From a virus, in IMG/VR virus record IMGVR_UViG_3300032217_000845, positions 32,001 through 96,000 of that record: a stretch of DNA of 64,000 nucleotides; one strand, written 5' to 3'. Numbering within the stretch: the stretch's first letter is position 1; the number at the start of each line of letters is the position of its first letter. The position numbers were made by a program, and so were the translations under genes. The notes under the pieces were generated by a model, which was given only the letters and a program-made list of their open reading frames with translations, did not search any database and had not been told where the DNA came from. Below, piece by piece: positions 17,450 through 27,708 of this stretch.

Positions 17450-17767
17450 ATGAGACACATCGAGATTCACGTAATCGAAACCGAGTTAGACGCGGCAAGC
17501 GCAGTTGCATGCGGCCTGCTCTCTGACCCGTTCTTCGTAACCGTCTGTGCTGACTGCGGAGATGACGTTGGGGGACTCGACATCTTTGAACCGTACTGCC
17601 TAGTACTCGATGAGGTAACCGAGTGGTACCTGTGTACTTACTGCGCTGAACCTGTAACCGACCCAGACACTGTCGACTCCGACTACTACTCACTCGTTGA
17701 GGAAGAACTAACCGACCCTGACGAAGATGACGAAGATGACGGACGCTTTGTAGTTATAGATGACTAG
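17450..17767 (+). CDS. acidic zinc-finger hypothetical protein
   Basis: CADC...CTYC; Asp/Glu-rich tail. Confidence 0.6.
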   Translation: MRHIEIHVIETELDAASAVACGLLSDPFFVTVCADCGDDVGGLDIFEPYCLVLDEVTEWYLCTYCAEPVTDPDTVDSDYYSLVEEELTDPDEDDEDDGRFVVIDD

Positions 17768-18015
17768 TTGTAAATCCCGTTTCGTAGCAGTGCCTTCCAC
17801 CGACTTCTAACTACTAATAAGAAGTATAGCACTCGACCGACATAAAGTCAAACACTTAGATACTTCTAAATAGAGAAGACATACTTTTAGAAAAAACGAA
17901 TACAAGCGACTAAGACCCTCTACGGAAAAAACGAATACAACTAAACTCATCAGCCGACACTCTGATTAGTAATAAGAAGTTGCTAAATGTCCGAGGGTGT
18001 GCTACTCTCTCTGGT

Positions 18016-18579
18016 ATGGAAATCACAACACTAACTAGACACGAATACACCACAGAACGAGTTGCCAAGCACACAGGCAGTTTGGAGGGTTGCTATGACG
18101 ACTTCCACGTTGGCGAAGTCAATGGCGTAGTTATCTACATAGGAACTGACTACGCTGGCACGATTGACCCTGCCAAGAACCCTTTGAGGTTCTCGGACTA
18201 CTCTGCGAAAGAGATGAAAGGCTTTCAGGAGTATTGGGGACATTGGGACGCTATCAACAAGCACCTCCACAACAAGACCACAAAACCGGGCTGGGGTCTT
18301 ATCAACCTAGTTGTCTATGGCTTTGTAAATGGCATACAGATTGGCGACCCTACAAATGTTCTACACGCTGTTCCAACAGGTTTCACGCCAGAGGCAAACA
18401 GGATAGACGCAGGGGAACTTGTCTGGGTAGAGGTAGAACAGGCTGTAATGGATTGGCTCAACTATCCAGATAGCCAGCCAACACTTCACGCAATAGCAGA
18501 GGCAAAGCGTAAGGAGGCTGTTGCTCTATTCACAGCGAGCCTAGACCTAATCCAGCCTCTCGCCACGCTGATAAAATAA
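18016..18579 (+). CDS. hypothetical protein (leaderless start)
   Basis: First unit of the island; ATG about 7 nt after a -10-like box. Confidence 0.65.
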   Translation: MEITTLTRHEYTTERVAKHTGSLEGCYDDFHVGEVNGVVIYIGTDYAGTIDPAKNPLRFSDYSAKEMKGFQEYWGHWDAINKHLHNKTTKPGWGLINLVVYGFVNGIQIGDPTNVLHAVPTGFTPEANRIDAGELVWVEVEQAVMDWLNYPDSQPTLHAIAEAKRKEAVALFTASLDLIQPLATLIK

Positions 18580-18674
18580 ATCAGAAATGAACTTGACAAC
18601 TTCGCATTAGTAGTGTAAAGTCGTCAGTAGTTGGAAACCTCCAACGCACAAACTCCGAAAGGACGGAAATACAA

Positions 18675-19154
18675 ATGGCAACAGGAACTATCGTTGGCAA
18701 GGGACTTTACTTAGAGTTCGTTCCAACAGACACCACCACTCCTAGCACTAAGGTAATGCAGGTGCTATTCACACCAGAGGGTATTGACGAGGCTGGCAAC
18801 TATGTTCAGTTCTCAATGCACTCTCGCACTATCTCTGAAACTTCACCTCGCAAACAATGGAGGATTACGAAGTGTGGCACAGAGAATAAAGAGTTGCTTT
18901 CACTTGGCTCTGTTGGACAGGTCAAGGCACAGGAACTCGCTGTCCAAATGGTAGAACGCTTTGAGAAATCACTAGAACGAGCAGTTATGCCAGACAAGAC
19001 AAATCCAACTTGGAAACTTCGGTCTAAGCCAATCGCTGTGGAAATCACTTCCTTTGACTTGTCTGAAATCACAGATTGGAAAACCCCTCTGCCAGCACTA
19101 CGCAGAATACAGAAATGTCGTGTAGCACTTGACTTCCCCGAGAAGTTAGTGTAA
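18675..19154 (+). CDS. hypothetical protein
   Basis: TTGACA promoter and GAAAGGA RBS. Confidence 0.7.
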   Translation: MATGTIVGKGLYLEFVPTDTTTPSTKVMQVLFTPEGIDEAGNYVQFSMHSRTISETSPRKQWRITKCGTENKELLSLGSVGQVKAQELAVQMVERFEKSLERAVMPDKTNPTWKLRSKPIAVEITSFDLSEITDWKTPLPALRRIQKCRVALDFPEKLV

Positions 19155-19189
19155 GGTCAATACTACAAACCGATAAGGACGGAAAACAA

Positions 19190-20212
19190 ATGACTACAAT
19201 CGCACCAAGCACCACTCCAACTACCGAGTTGGACGACATCTATCCAGACCTTGCTAAACTTGTGTATGGAGTTGCTATTCAGACACTAGACGCTGGCTCT
19301 GTGCCAGCAGGTCTTGATAGCCTACTTCCTACTGCTGGTCGTGCTAACCTCCGAGCAAAGGGAGGCGACACCACCACTAGCAAGAAAGCAAAGGTAGAAC
19401 TATTGGCAGAACCAATCACAGGTGCTACCACCTACACCAGACCAAATGGTCGTGAGTATTATGCTCGTCAATGGGGCGAACACTCTGACGTGGAAGTCTG
19501 TCGCAAGGCTCGGGATAACAAGCAGTTTATCCTACTATACGGAAATCCTGGCTGTGGTAAGACAGCACTCGTTGAGGCTAGTTTCGGGGACGACCTATAC
19601 ACCATTATTGGAACAGGCGATACAGAGGTTGGCGACTTCCTCGGTGGCTATGTCCAAACTCCAAGTGGAGGCTTTGAGTGGATTGACGGAGTTCTAACCC
19701 GAGCAGTTGAGGAGGGCAAAGTCCTCCTGATTGACGAGGTTGGTCTGATTGACCCGAAAGTTATGTCGCTGGTCTATGGACTAATGGACGGCAGAGATGA
19801 ACTCGTCATTACCTCCAATCCAGAACGAGGCACTATCAAAGCCAAGCAGGGGTTCTATGTAATCTGTGCGACTAACCCTAACGCTGTTGGAGTTCGTCTA
19901 TCAGAGGCTCTGCTATCTCGCTGTGTTATTCAGGCTGAAATGACTACTGATTGGTCGCTTGCCAAGAAGTTAGGTGTGCCAGCCTCGGCTACCACGCTTG
20001 CTCAAAACCTGTCTAAGAAACAACTAGCAGGTGAAGTATCTTGGTCGCCACAGTTCCGAGAGTTGGAGGCGTTTAGGGACTTGTCCAAGACCTTTGGAAC
20101 TAAGTGGGCAGTTGCCAACCTAATCGCAACAGCACCCGAAATGGATAGACCTGTCGTGATAGATGTGGCTACCCGAGTATTCGGTGAGGATTGCCGACCA
20201 GCCAAGATTTAG
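19190..20212 (+). CDS. AAA+ ATPase, MoxR/CbbQ/CobS-like
   Basis: Walker A GNPGCGKT, Walker B LLIDE, WIDGVLTRAV, ATNP, LSEALLSR. Confidence 0.9.
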   Translation: MTTIAPSTTPTTELDDIYPDLAKLVYGVAIQTLDAGSVPAGLDSLLPTAGRANLRAKGGDTTTSKKAKVELLAEPITGATTYTRPNGREYYARQWGEHSDVEVCRKARDNKQFILLYGNPGCGKTALVEASFGDDLYTIIGTGDTEVGDFLGGYVQTPSGGFEWIDGVLTRAVEEGKVLLIDEVGLIDPKVMSLVYGLMDGRDELVITSNPERGTIKAKQGFYVICATNPNAVGVRLSEALLSRCVIQAEMTTDWSLAKKLGVPASATTLAQNLSKKQLAGEVSWSPQFRELEAFRDLSKTFGTKWAVANLIATAPEMDRPVVIDVATRVFGEDCRPAKI

Positions 20213-20338
20213 CACTCCGTCCTGTGCTAATAGGGGGAGGTCAAAGAAGTTGCGAAATGGACTTGACTTCCCCCGACAACTCTGCTACTATCTTACTAGG
20301 TCAGAAACGCTGACCAGAAAATCAGGAAGGATTTTCTA

Positions 20339-22147
20339 ATGGGACACTATTCCAGACTAGCAACACGCACCAGCACCACGCCTCCTGCTTGGCTCAAAAC
20401 CTGCTCGCAGATTGGCACACTCGCTAACACTTGGGCTAATCGTGGCGACCTCGCTGTCTATGGTGGTGAGGACGCAGGTATGGGTGAGGCTCTCGCTTGC
20501 TTTATTCACAGCACAGCAGAGATTGAGGTCAATCTACCAATCGCTTTCGGTAAGGCAACCACGCCTGAAATGGTGGGCGACCTAACAGAACGCTACAACC
20601 AATACGAGTTCCCCGAGGCAACAGGCGTAATCCTCCACGAGGCGTTTCACGCTAGATACTCGGAGTGGAACTACGAACTTATGGACGCTGAAACTAAGAC
20701 AGAGCCAAAGGTTCGGGACGCTTTTATGTTGTTGGAGGAAAGTCGTATTGAGGGGCTGGCTGTCTATCACTTCCCCGAGAACGCATTATTCCTACGAGCC
20801 TCCTCAATGGGGCTGTCTTTCGCAGAGGCAGAAACCTCTATGGAAAAGATGTCTAAGACAGGTGCTTTCGCACACCTCGCAGGTCTGACCCTTGCCAGAG
20901 TTTCGGCAGGTGTCCTTGACGAGTTTGATGTCGCTGGTATCTACAACAGAGTTGCCGAGGTCTTGGGCGAGAAGTGCCTGAAAACTTTGGAGGCTATCTG
21001 GGTAGAGTTCCAGACACTAGACAACACGCTAAACGCTGACCTACTTCGTGGGATTGACCTTGCTCGTAAATGGATAGAGGCTATCAAGGAACGAGCAGAG
21101 GAACGAGGCGAACCAGCAGAACCAGAGTTCGGTGAGGGTATTCCTATTCCACAGGAACTAGCAGAGGCTCTGTCCGAGATTATGGAGGCTCTGGGTGAGG
21201 CTATGGAGGAAACCAAGTCTGCCACAGCAGAGGCTCTGGGTGAGCAACAGCAGGACGAGAACCTGAAAGAGGAAATCAAGGAACGCCAATCCAAAGCCAA
21301 TACCAAAGAGGAACGCAAGGCAGAGGCAGACAGGGTGTTCTCGCACAACTCCACTCTCGGTCAATCTGGTAGCAGTTCCCGATTGGAAAGCACTCGTCCC
21401 CCGAAAGGTGAGGAACGAGCAGGGGCAGTAAAGTTGGCACAGATGTTAGAGAAAGCCAAGTATGTAGAGAGGTCTGCCACAGAGATAGCAACCACTATTC
21501 CACAGGGTCGCCTACGCACTCGGGCTGTCGTCCAAAAGAAAGCGTTGGAGGCTAAGGGCATTAGGTCTGACCTCCCGACTTGGAGGGCTACCAAGCACAA
21601 GCACACCACAGACCCTATCTTGTCTATCGGTGTAATGGTAGATGTATCTGGCTCTATGGGTTCGGCTATGAACCCTATGGCGAGTATGGCTTGGATTTTA
21701 TCCGAGGCTGGTCGCAGAGTTCAGGCTAGAACTGCTATGGTCTATTATGGCTCGGGTGTCTTTCCAACTCTCAAAGTTGGACAGCACTTGGAGGAGGTCA
21801 AGGTCTGGACAGCACCAGACGGAACAGAGGAGTTTGGTCAGGCTTACAAAGCACTTGACGGAGTTCTCGGTCTGACTTATGCCGAGGGCGTGAAGTTGCT
21901 CGTAATCGTATCTGACGGACACTACCGACCAGACCAAGAGAAACAAGTGGTCAAGGCTCTCGCAGAGTGCGACAAGGCTGGCGTGGGAGTTCTCTGGATT
22001 ACACCTGCCGAGTGCCGAGGTGGAAACACCAGCCTCATTAGTGGGACAAATGCCACGCACCTAAACATTACGGACACAGCCTCAATCGCAACTGCTATCG
22101 GCAGGTCGGCAACCGAGGCTCTGACTAAGATTGGAGGGCGAGTGTAA
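20339..22147 (+). CDS. CobT-like vWA-domain protein with N-terminal HEXXH metallopeptidase
   Basis: ILHEAFHA...LEESRIE; MIDAS DVSGSM, T, VSDG; adjacent to the AAA ATPase. Confidence 0.85.
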   Translation: MGHYSRLATRTSTTPPAWLKTCSQIGTLANTWANRGDLAVYGGEDAGMGEALACFIHSTAEIEVNLPIAFGKATTPEMVGDLTERYNQYEFPEATGVILHEAFHARYSEWNYELMDAETKTEPKVRDAFMLLEESRIEGLAVYHFPENALFLRASSMGLSFAEAETSMEKMSKTGAFAHLAGLTLARVSAGVLDEFDVAGIYNRVAEVLGEKCLKTLEAIWVEFQTLDNTLNADLLRGIDLARKWIEAIKERAEERGEPAEPEFGEGIPIPQELAEALSEIMEALGEAMEETKSATAEALGEQQQDENLKEEIKERQSKANTKEERKAEADRVFSHNSTLGQSGSSSRLESTRPPKGEERAGAVKLAQMLEKAKYVERSATEIATTIPQGRLRTRAVVQKKALEAKGIRSDLPTWRATKHKHTTDPILSIGVMVDVSGSMGSAMNPMASMAWILSEAGRRVQARTAMVYYGSGVFPTLKVGQHLEEVKVWTAPDGTEEFGQAYKALDGVLGLTYAEGVKLLVIVSDGHYRPDQEKQVVKALAECDKAGVGVLWITPAECRGGNTSLISGTNATHLNITDTASIATAIGRSATEALTKIGGRV

Positions 22148-22470
22148 TCGGCTCGCCTCCACAAGAACCCGATAGGGATTGAGCAACCGAGGAGTTTCCG
22201 TCCCCTTTCACCTCAACTGCTCTCGCTATTGGTAGAGAACCCCTGACAACTTCCCCTTTGGTCAGGGGTTTTCGCTTACCCTGACCGACACACAATGTGT
22301 CCAGCAAAAGCATCTCTGCTGGAACTTCGTATCAACTAATCCGAAGTCAGCCTGAGCTGCCGAGATGGTCGCCTTGTATTCGTTTTTTCCAAACCGACAC
22401 GCCTCCTCGCCTACTTGACAACTTCGTATTAGTTATGGTAAGGTCGTAGTATCAACCGAAAGGGAAACAA

Positions 22471-22767
22471 ATGGACGACAGAGAAATAGCAACTAACGCA
22501 TTAGTCCTACTAGGGGCAACTGCCGAGGGCTGTGCCGAGAATGGATTGGCTAATCCAATCCTGTATCAAAGTTTGGAACTAGCAATAGAACTAGCAGAAC
22601 ACCTAGACGAACCTGACCTAGTAGTGCTACTCAAATCAGCGTTGATTGGAGTGGGCGAGGGGATTGAGGAAACTATGGCTATCGTCAAACAAATCAAATC
22701 GCAGTTTGACTTTATGAACACAAGCGAGTATAATCAGGACACGACACCTAACAAGGAGGACAACTAA
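22471..22767 (+). CDS. hypothetical protein
   Basis: Promoter and GAAAGGGAAACAA RBS. Confidence 0.65.
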   Translation: MDDREIATNALVLLGATAEGCAENGLANPILYQSLELAIELAEHLDEPDLVVLLKSALIGVGEGIEETMAIVKQIKSQFDFMNTSEYNQDTTPNKEDN

Positions 22768-23663
22768 TGCCAAACTGGGTCTATACATCTATGGCAGTAT
22801 CAGGTAAGAAAGACGACCTGCTCGCCTTTGCTAAGAAAGCCAGCCAGCAACACGAAACTCTATGGCTCACCGAGAGGTGGAAACGCAACGAGGACGGCAC
22901 GAACACCGAAGTCCCCGAGGAGGAACGCAAGATTGAGAAAGAACTATCTCCACCAAGTCCTATCTCGTTCTGGAACTTCTTAGCACCAACAGAGGAGGAA
23001 CTGCCTTACTACTTTGGACACGCAACCAAGCCAGAGGACGAGGCTGACCCTGACGCAACTTCCGAGGAACGACTAGCAAAGGCTCTGTTGTTTGAGGGCT
23101 CGGGCTGGTATGATTGGAATGTTCGCAACTGGGGCTGTAAGTGGGACGCCAATGACGAGGAACTGGACACCGACCTAGACACGCTACAACCACACGATAG
23201 CCTGTCGTATCGTTTCTCTACGGCTTGGTCTCCTGCCGAGGGCGTGTTTCGTGCTATGACCGAACAGCACCCCGAACTATCCTTTGAGTTCTCTTGCGAG
23301 GAGGAACAGGGCTGGGGCGTGGTCTATGACGGCGAGAACGGCTCGCTATCTGTGGCTGACGAGTGGGAGATACCGAACAGCCACGCTGACTATGTGGCGA
23401 GGGATAACGAGGACGGCTGTGCCTGTGCGAGAGATGACGACCAAGAGGATTGGTATTCCGATTGTCCTAGACCGAGTGTTGAGGTTGTCGTAGTGGTAGA
23501 ACACCGATACAAGATTACAGCACCGACCATAGCCGAGGCTTGGGAACTTGCTCTCAACGGCAACCCTGCTGACCTGACGGCAAGCCTGATAGAGGGCGAG
23601 ACTACTGCCTTTGTGATAGGCGAGGACGGCAAGCGTATCTACCCGACCTTAGAGAACGCATAA
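22767..23663 (+). CDS. DUF1281/YubB ferredoxin-like domain protein
   Basis: MPNW start, WYDWNVRNWGCKW, FSTAWSP, F..EE..G. Confidence 0.75.
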   Translation: MPNWVYTSMAVSGKKDDLLAFAKKASQQHETLWLTERWKRNEDGTNTEVPEEERKIEKELSPPSPISFWNFLAPTEEELPYYFGHATKPEDEADPDATSEERLAKALLFEGSGWYDWNVRNWGCKWDANDEELDTDLDTLQPHDSLSYRFSTAWSPAEGVFRAMTEQHPELSFEFSCEEEQGWGVVYDGENGSLSVADEWEIPNSHADYVARDNEDGCACARDDDQEDWYSDCPRPSVEVVVVVEHRYKITAPTIAEAWELALNGNPADLTASLIEGETTAFVIGEDGKRIYPTLENA

Positions 23664-23707
23664 CGGCTCGCCTTGACTAATCAGACGGATTGGTGTAGGG
23701 TAGCCTT

Positions 23708-23941
23708 ATGAGCAAGAACGCAACCGAGGAGTTTGTAGATGTCCTGATTACTTGGGACACCGAGCAAACCGATACAGATGAAGTCGTAGTAGCAATCGGG
23801 GACGGGTCGGTAGTCTATGACGAGGACTTCGCCTTTGACCCCCGAGTGTATTTCTACTTTGATAACCGAGAGCAGTTTGAGTTAGCAAAGACCAAAATAA
23901 TAGAGGACATAAACTTCCAAATCCTACGGGTTTTGGACTAG
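23708..23941 (+). CDS. acidic hypothetical protein
   Basis: Leaderless start after a TTGACT promoter. Confidence 0.6.
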   Translation: MSKNATEEFVDVLITWDTEQTDTDEVVVAIGDGSVVYDEDFAFDPRVYFYFDNREQFELAKTKIIEDINFQILRVLD

Positions 23942-23958
23942 CAAGAAACGGAGTAAAA

Positions 23959-24192
23959 GTGCCAAAGACAAAGCAGATAGATACTTGGGAGTGGTTCATA
24001 GAACGCTACCAAGAACTCGGCTACAAATCACTAAATCAGTTTGCTATCGCAGAGGGCTTTCAGAAGTCCAGCCTTAGCAGATACTTCCACAAGCAAAGAC
24101 AAATGCCAGCAGATACCTTGGTGGCTGTTTGCCTTGCTCTCAAAGTCAAGCCAGAGGATTTGCTGGTTGCTCTGAACGAGTGGAAACGCTAG
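23959..24192 (+). CDS. XRE/Cro-family HTH regulator
   Basis: SLNQFAIAEGFQKSSLSRY...P.ADTLVAVCLALKV. Confidence 0.8.
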   Translation: MPKTKQIDTWEWFIERYQELGYKSLNQFAIAEGFQKSSLSRYFHKQRQMPADTLVAVCLALKVKPEDLLVALNEWKR

Positions 24193-24428
24193 ACCAACCC
24201 CGATAGGGAAACACCTGAGCAAGTGTTCTAAACTGCTCGCCACAATCTGCCTCCGTTTGTATTCGTTTTTTCCTCGGACTTGCGAAATGTCGGAGGCTGT
24301 GATACACTCGCTAATGTGAAGTTCTCCGATAGGACGACACACCAGAGCAAATGAACTTGACAAAGTTTCGTAAGTCTGGTAAGTTCTAAATGTAAAGCCC
24401 AATGATACTAAGTAGATAAGGAAATCAA

Positions 24429-24806
24429 ATGGCAACTACAAAGAGCACCACCACTAAGGGACAGGTTATCCTGACCACCACCAATGAGCCAGAGGTTCGC
24501 CTCTCGGCAAAGGGACAGAAAGCAGTTCGGGAACTCCGAGACGCACACAACTTGGAAAAGCAAGTTGCCGAAATCGTCAAGGCTAGCAGAGATGTTATCC
24601 TCAACGAACTAGGGAACGAGCAGACCAAGTTTGGAACAGACGCAAAGGGTAAGCGTCTGGTCAAAATCCACCTCATTACCCCGAAAGACCCAACACGCTA
24701 CAACACAGCAGAGTTGGTAGCGTTCCTCGCAAAGACACAGCCAGAGGTTCTGGAAATGTTTAGAGCAGAGGACGCAAAGGCGACCACCCGAGTTCTTACT
24801 CTCTAA
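24429..24806 (+). CDS. hypothetical protein, paralog of 32735 and 44810
   Basis: Coiled coil, then a beta hairpin and an 'L....P....F' tail. Confidence 0.65.
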   Translation: MATTKSTTTKGQVILTTTNEPEVRLSAKGQKAVRELRDAHNLEKQVAEIVKASRDVILNELGNEQTKFGTDAKGKRLVKIHLITPKDPTRYNTAELVAFLAKTQPEVLEMFRAEDAKATTRVLTL

Positions 24807-24986
24807 CGAGAGTAAGCCAGAAAAGCCCCGACAGACAGTTATCCCCTTTCACTCTGTCGGGGTTTTCGCCTATCTGGTTTTGGCTCGTTTGTATTCGTTT
24901 TTTCCTCGCATCTAAAATCTTCGGGTTTGACAACGACACACTAATACGAAGTTGTAAATGTCAGAGGTTTATGGTAGAGTGCTGGT

Positions 24987-25436
24987 ATGGACAAAAGACA
25001 AACTAACAACTGCGAAATCTGTGGCGAGTTATTTACTGACCTACCACTTGACGAGGAGTGTTCTTGCTCAAAGAGAAAGGACGCTGCTTTCTATGTCAAT
25101 AGTGATGGTGGCGAGTTCGTGTGGAACCCTAAACTCAATGAGGACGAGGGAGAGAAACACGAATACTATGTTGTGCGTAATGGGGAAATGCGTATCAAGG
25201 CGACAGATGGCAAGGGTAGAGATTATGTCCTACGCTACACAGAGGACTTAGAGGCTTTCGGTATCACGACAGACGAGCAACTTTACGAGGCAAGCACAGA
25301 CGAGGAAAACTTCTATTGGGATATGAACTCTTGGTTTGAGGTCTGCTGTGATTTTGACGAGGCTTACTCTGATGTCTTTGACGACCTTGACAGAGCCATA
25401 GCAGAGGCAGTAAGATTACGAAAGGAAGGACACTAA
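24987..25436 (+). CDS. hypothetical protein
   Basis: N-terminal CxxC; leaderless start. Confidence 0.65.
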   Translation: MDKRQTNNCEICGELFTDLPLDEECSCSKRKDAAFYVNSDGGEFVWNPKLNEDEGEKHEYYVVRNGEMRIKATDGKGRDYVLRYTEDLEAFGITTDEQLYEASTDEENFYWDMNSWFEVCCDFDEAYSDVFDDLDRAIAEAVRLRKEGH

Positions 25437-25723
25437 TGAAACTACGAATAGCGTTTGGCGACACTCTTAGAGAGATACGACAAGACCAACACAGAACTCT
25501 TAGAGAGGTGTCTGTAAAGTCTGGCGTGGCACTTGGCTATGTATCGGAAGTAGAGAGAGGGCAGAAAGAGGCTTCATCGGAAGTCTTGGAAAGCCTGACC
25601 AACACGCTTGGCGTGTCTATGGCTGACTTCCTAATCCTTACAGCGTTGCGTCTAGGTGCTGTCGCTGTCCCCGACACAGCAGAAACCCTACTTGACGAAT
25701 ACACCGACCTTGTGGTAAGATAA
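25436..25723 (+). CDS. clgR: ClgR-like XRE transcription regulator
   Basis: GDTLREIR..Q.RTLREVS..SGVALGYVSEVERGQKEASSEVL closely resembles actinobacterial ClgR. Confidence 0.75.
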   Translation: MKLRIAFGDTLREIRQDQHRTLREVSVKSGVALGYVSEVERGQKEASSEVLESLTNTLGVSMADFLILTALRLGAVAVPDTAETLLDEYTDLVVR

Positions 25724-25742
25724 GGGAAAGGAAAGGACGACA

Positions 25743-25952
25743 ATGAGCAGACAAGTTTATTTTGTAATCGGTGTTGATTTAGACGACAAAACAGTTTTCA
25801 TAGATGACGGCACATTTACGGCTCGCTTTGGTAAAGACGAGCAGGTATGGGACACCGATAAACAAGAGTGGCGAGAATACGAGGGCGAGGAACAAGAGGA
25901 ATACGACCTCGCCTTAGAAATCCTCAACACCGAGAAGTTGAGGGACGACTAA
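25743..25952 (+). CDS. hypothetical protein
   Basis: GAAAGGA RBS. Confidence 0.6.
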   Translation: MSRQVYFVIGVDLDDKTVFIDDGTFTARFGKDEQVWDTDKQEWREYEGEEQEEYDLALEILNTEKLRDD

Positions 25953-26257
25953 TGGAATACGACCTATACTCACCCGAGAGGAACTTCTCGGCTATCCCTG
26001 ACCTGAAACTTGTAAAGATTACAGGGGACGACAGGGACAGAAGTATTCACTTCCTCTGGCGAGGCGATAGACAATGGCTCGCTATGAGTAAGGATAATCC
26101 TTACGAGGATAACTGCTGGCTTGTAGTCAAGACCGACTACACAGACGAGTTTCAGGAGTTTCTTGACGAGGAACTCTCTGGCTACGATAGCCTAGAAAGC
26201 ACCTTTGAGTTATCGGACATTATTCCAACCGAATACTCAATAGAGTTTGATAACTAA
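25952..26257 (+). CDS. acidic hypothetical protein
   Basis: TAATG coupling to the previous gene. Confidence 0.6.
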   Translation: MEYDLYSPERNFSAIPDLKLVKITGDDRDRSIHFLWRGDRQWLAMSKDNPYEDNCWLVVKTDYTDEFQEFLDEELSGYDSLESTFELSDIIPTEYSIEFDN

Positions 26258-26261
26258 ATAG

Positions 26262-26522
26262 ACTTGCTTGATACACGCTGAACCATTTTGGTGCGTGGGC
26301 AGAACTAACTACCTGCCTATTATCAAGGAAACCGAGTGAAATCTCGCTAAACTACGGACAACACGCTCGGTGGTGAATACGCCTCTGGTGGAAGTAGCAG
26401 GTCGGGTCTAGAACTGACCAAGAGTTTATTCTCAATGCGAAATAGCACAATGACGCAAAGTAGCCCCTTGTGTGTTCGTCCGAACCTAAGACCAGATAGC
26501 CATAACGCTTTCTGGTCTTTCT
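26262..26522 (+). ncRNA. candidate structured non-coding RNA
   Basis: ORF-free, several nested stems, ends in a terminator (see findings). Confidence 0.45.
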
Positions 26523-26673
26523 CTTTTTGGTGAGGTGTTGTATTCGTTTTTTCTCTACGCCTACTGTGGAAAGAGGGAACTTCGCATTAGTGTTTCGTTC
26601 TTGACAAATGTCAGAGGAGTATGCTAGTATCACTATGTAGTCAGAAAGTCTGACACAGAAAGGGTCTAGTCCT

Positions 26674-27159
26674 ATGGGATTGGATATGTATTTAGAGGCT
26701 CGCAAGTATGTAAGTGGATACTCTCACAGACCTATTGACGAGCAGAACGAGTATGAGGAAGTGCTGAACTCGGTAGGTATGTCAAGAACAGACCTAACAG
26801 CAGAGGCAAGTCCTTTCGCTAATGTAAGTATAAATGTTGCTTATTGGCGTAAGGCTAATCAGATACACGCTTGGTTCATCAACAACTACGCCAAAGATGG
26901 TGTAGATGATTGTAGCCCTGTCCATCTTGGCGAGAGATACCACCTTAGTATTCTAAGAAACCTCTGCCAAGAGGTCATTGACGACCACAGCAAAGCAGAG
27001 GAACTTCTGCCTGTTTCATCTGGCTTCTTCTTTGGGTCAGACGAGTATGGCGAATACTACTTCCAAGACTTAGAGAACACCATTGAGCAGTTGGATAAGT
27101 TGCTCTCTAATCCTAAGTTTGCTGAGGGCTGGGACTTCATCTACCAAGCAAGTTGGTAG
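26674..27159 (+). CDS. conserved phage protein (MGLDMYL / YWRKANQIH family)
   Basis: MGLDMYL, AYWRKANQIHAWF, LLP..GFFFGS..Y.EYY, YQASW. Confidence 0.8.
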   Translation: MGLDMYLEARKYVSGYSHRPIDEQNEYEEVLNSVGMSRTDLTAEASPFANVSINVAYWRKANQIHAWFINNYAKDGVDDCSPVHLGERYHLSILRNLCQEVIDDHSKAEELLPVSSGFFFGSDEYGEYYFQDLENTIEQLDKLLSNPKFAEGWDFIYQASW

Positions 27160-27336
27160 CCACAAACTAAGCACGACCCCTTAGCACACGCTAGGGGGTT
27201 TTGCTTTACCTGTTTGCTGGCGAGGTGTATTCGTTTTTTCAGACGACACGGCACGGCACGGGAACTTGACTAAACAAATGAACTATGATACTATGTAGAT
27301 ACAACGGGCGAACAGGAAGTAGCCTGAAAGGGATAA

Positions 27337-27708
27337 ATGGAAACTACAACTATTACGGGTCTGGTAGCAACCACACCACGACACCTAGTATCAGCAGACG
27401 GCTTGCCGATTACTTCTTTCCGATTGGCGAGCAGTAATCGCAGGTTTGACCGAGCCACTATGGAGTGGGTGGACGGCGAGACTAATTGGTATACGATTAC
27501 CTCTTTCCGCACACTCGCAATCAACACCGCTACATCTATCAGCAAGGGCGACCGCATTGTTGTATCAGGCACACTTCGTATTCGTGATTGGGACAACGGC
27601 GAACGGGTAGGAACTAGCGTTGAGTTAGAGGCGAGCAACATTGGACACGACTTAGCGTGGGGGACTACCACCTTTGTCCGAACCGTTCATAAAGCAGACA
27701 CCGAATAA
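27337..27708 (+). CDS. ssb: single-stranded DNA-binding protein (actinobacterial short SSB, no acidic tail)
   Basis: ITGLVATTP...FRLAS..RRFDR...WVDGETNWY...SKGDRIVVSG.LRIRDW...IGHDLAWG. Confidence 0.9.
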   Translation: METTTITGLVATTPRHLVSADGLPITSFRLASSNRRFDRATMEWVDGETNWYTITSFRTLAINTATSISKGDRIVVSGTLRIRDWDNGERVGTSVELEASNIGHDLAWGTTTFVRTVHKADTE

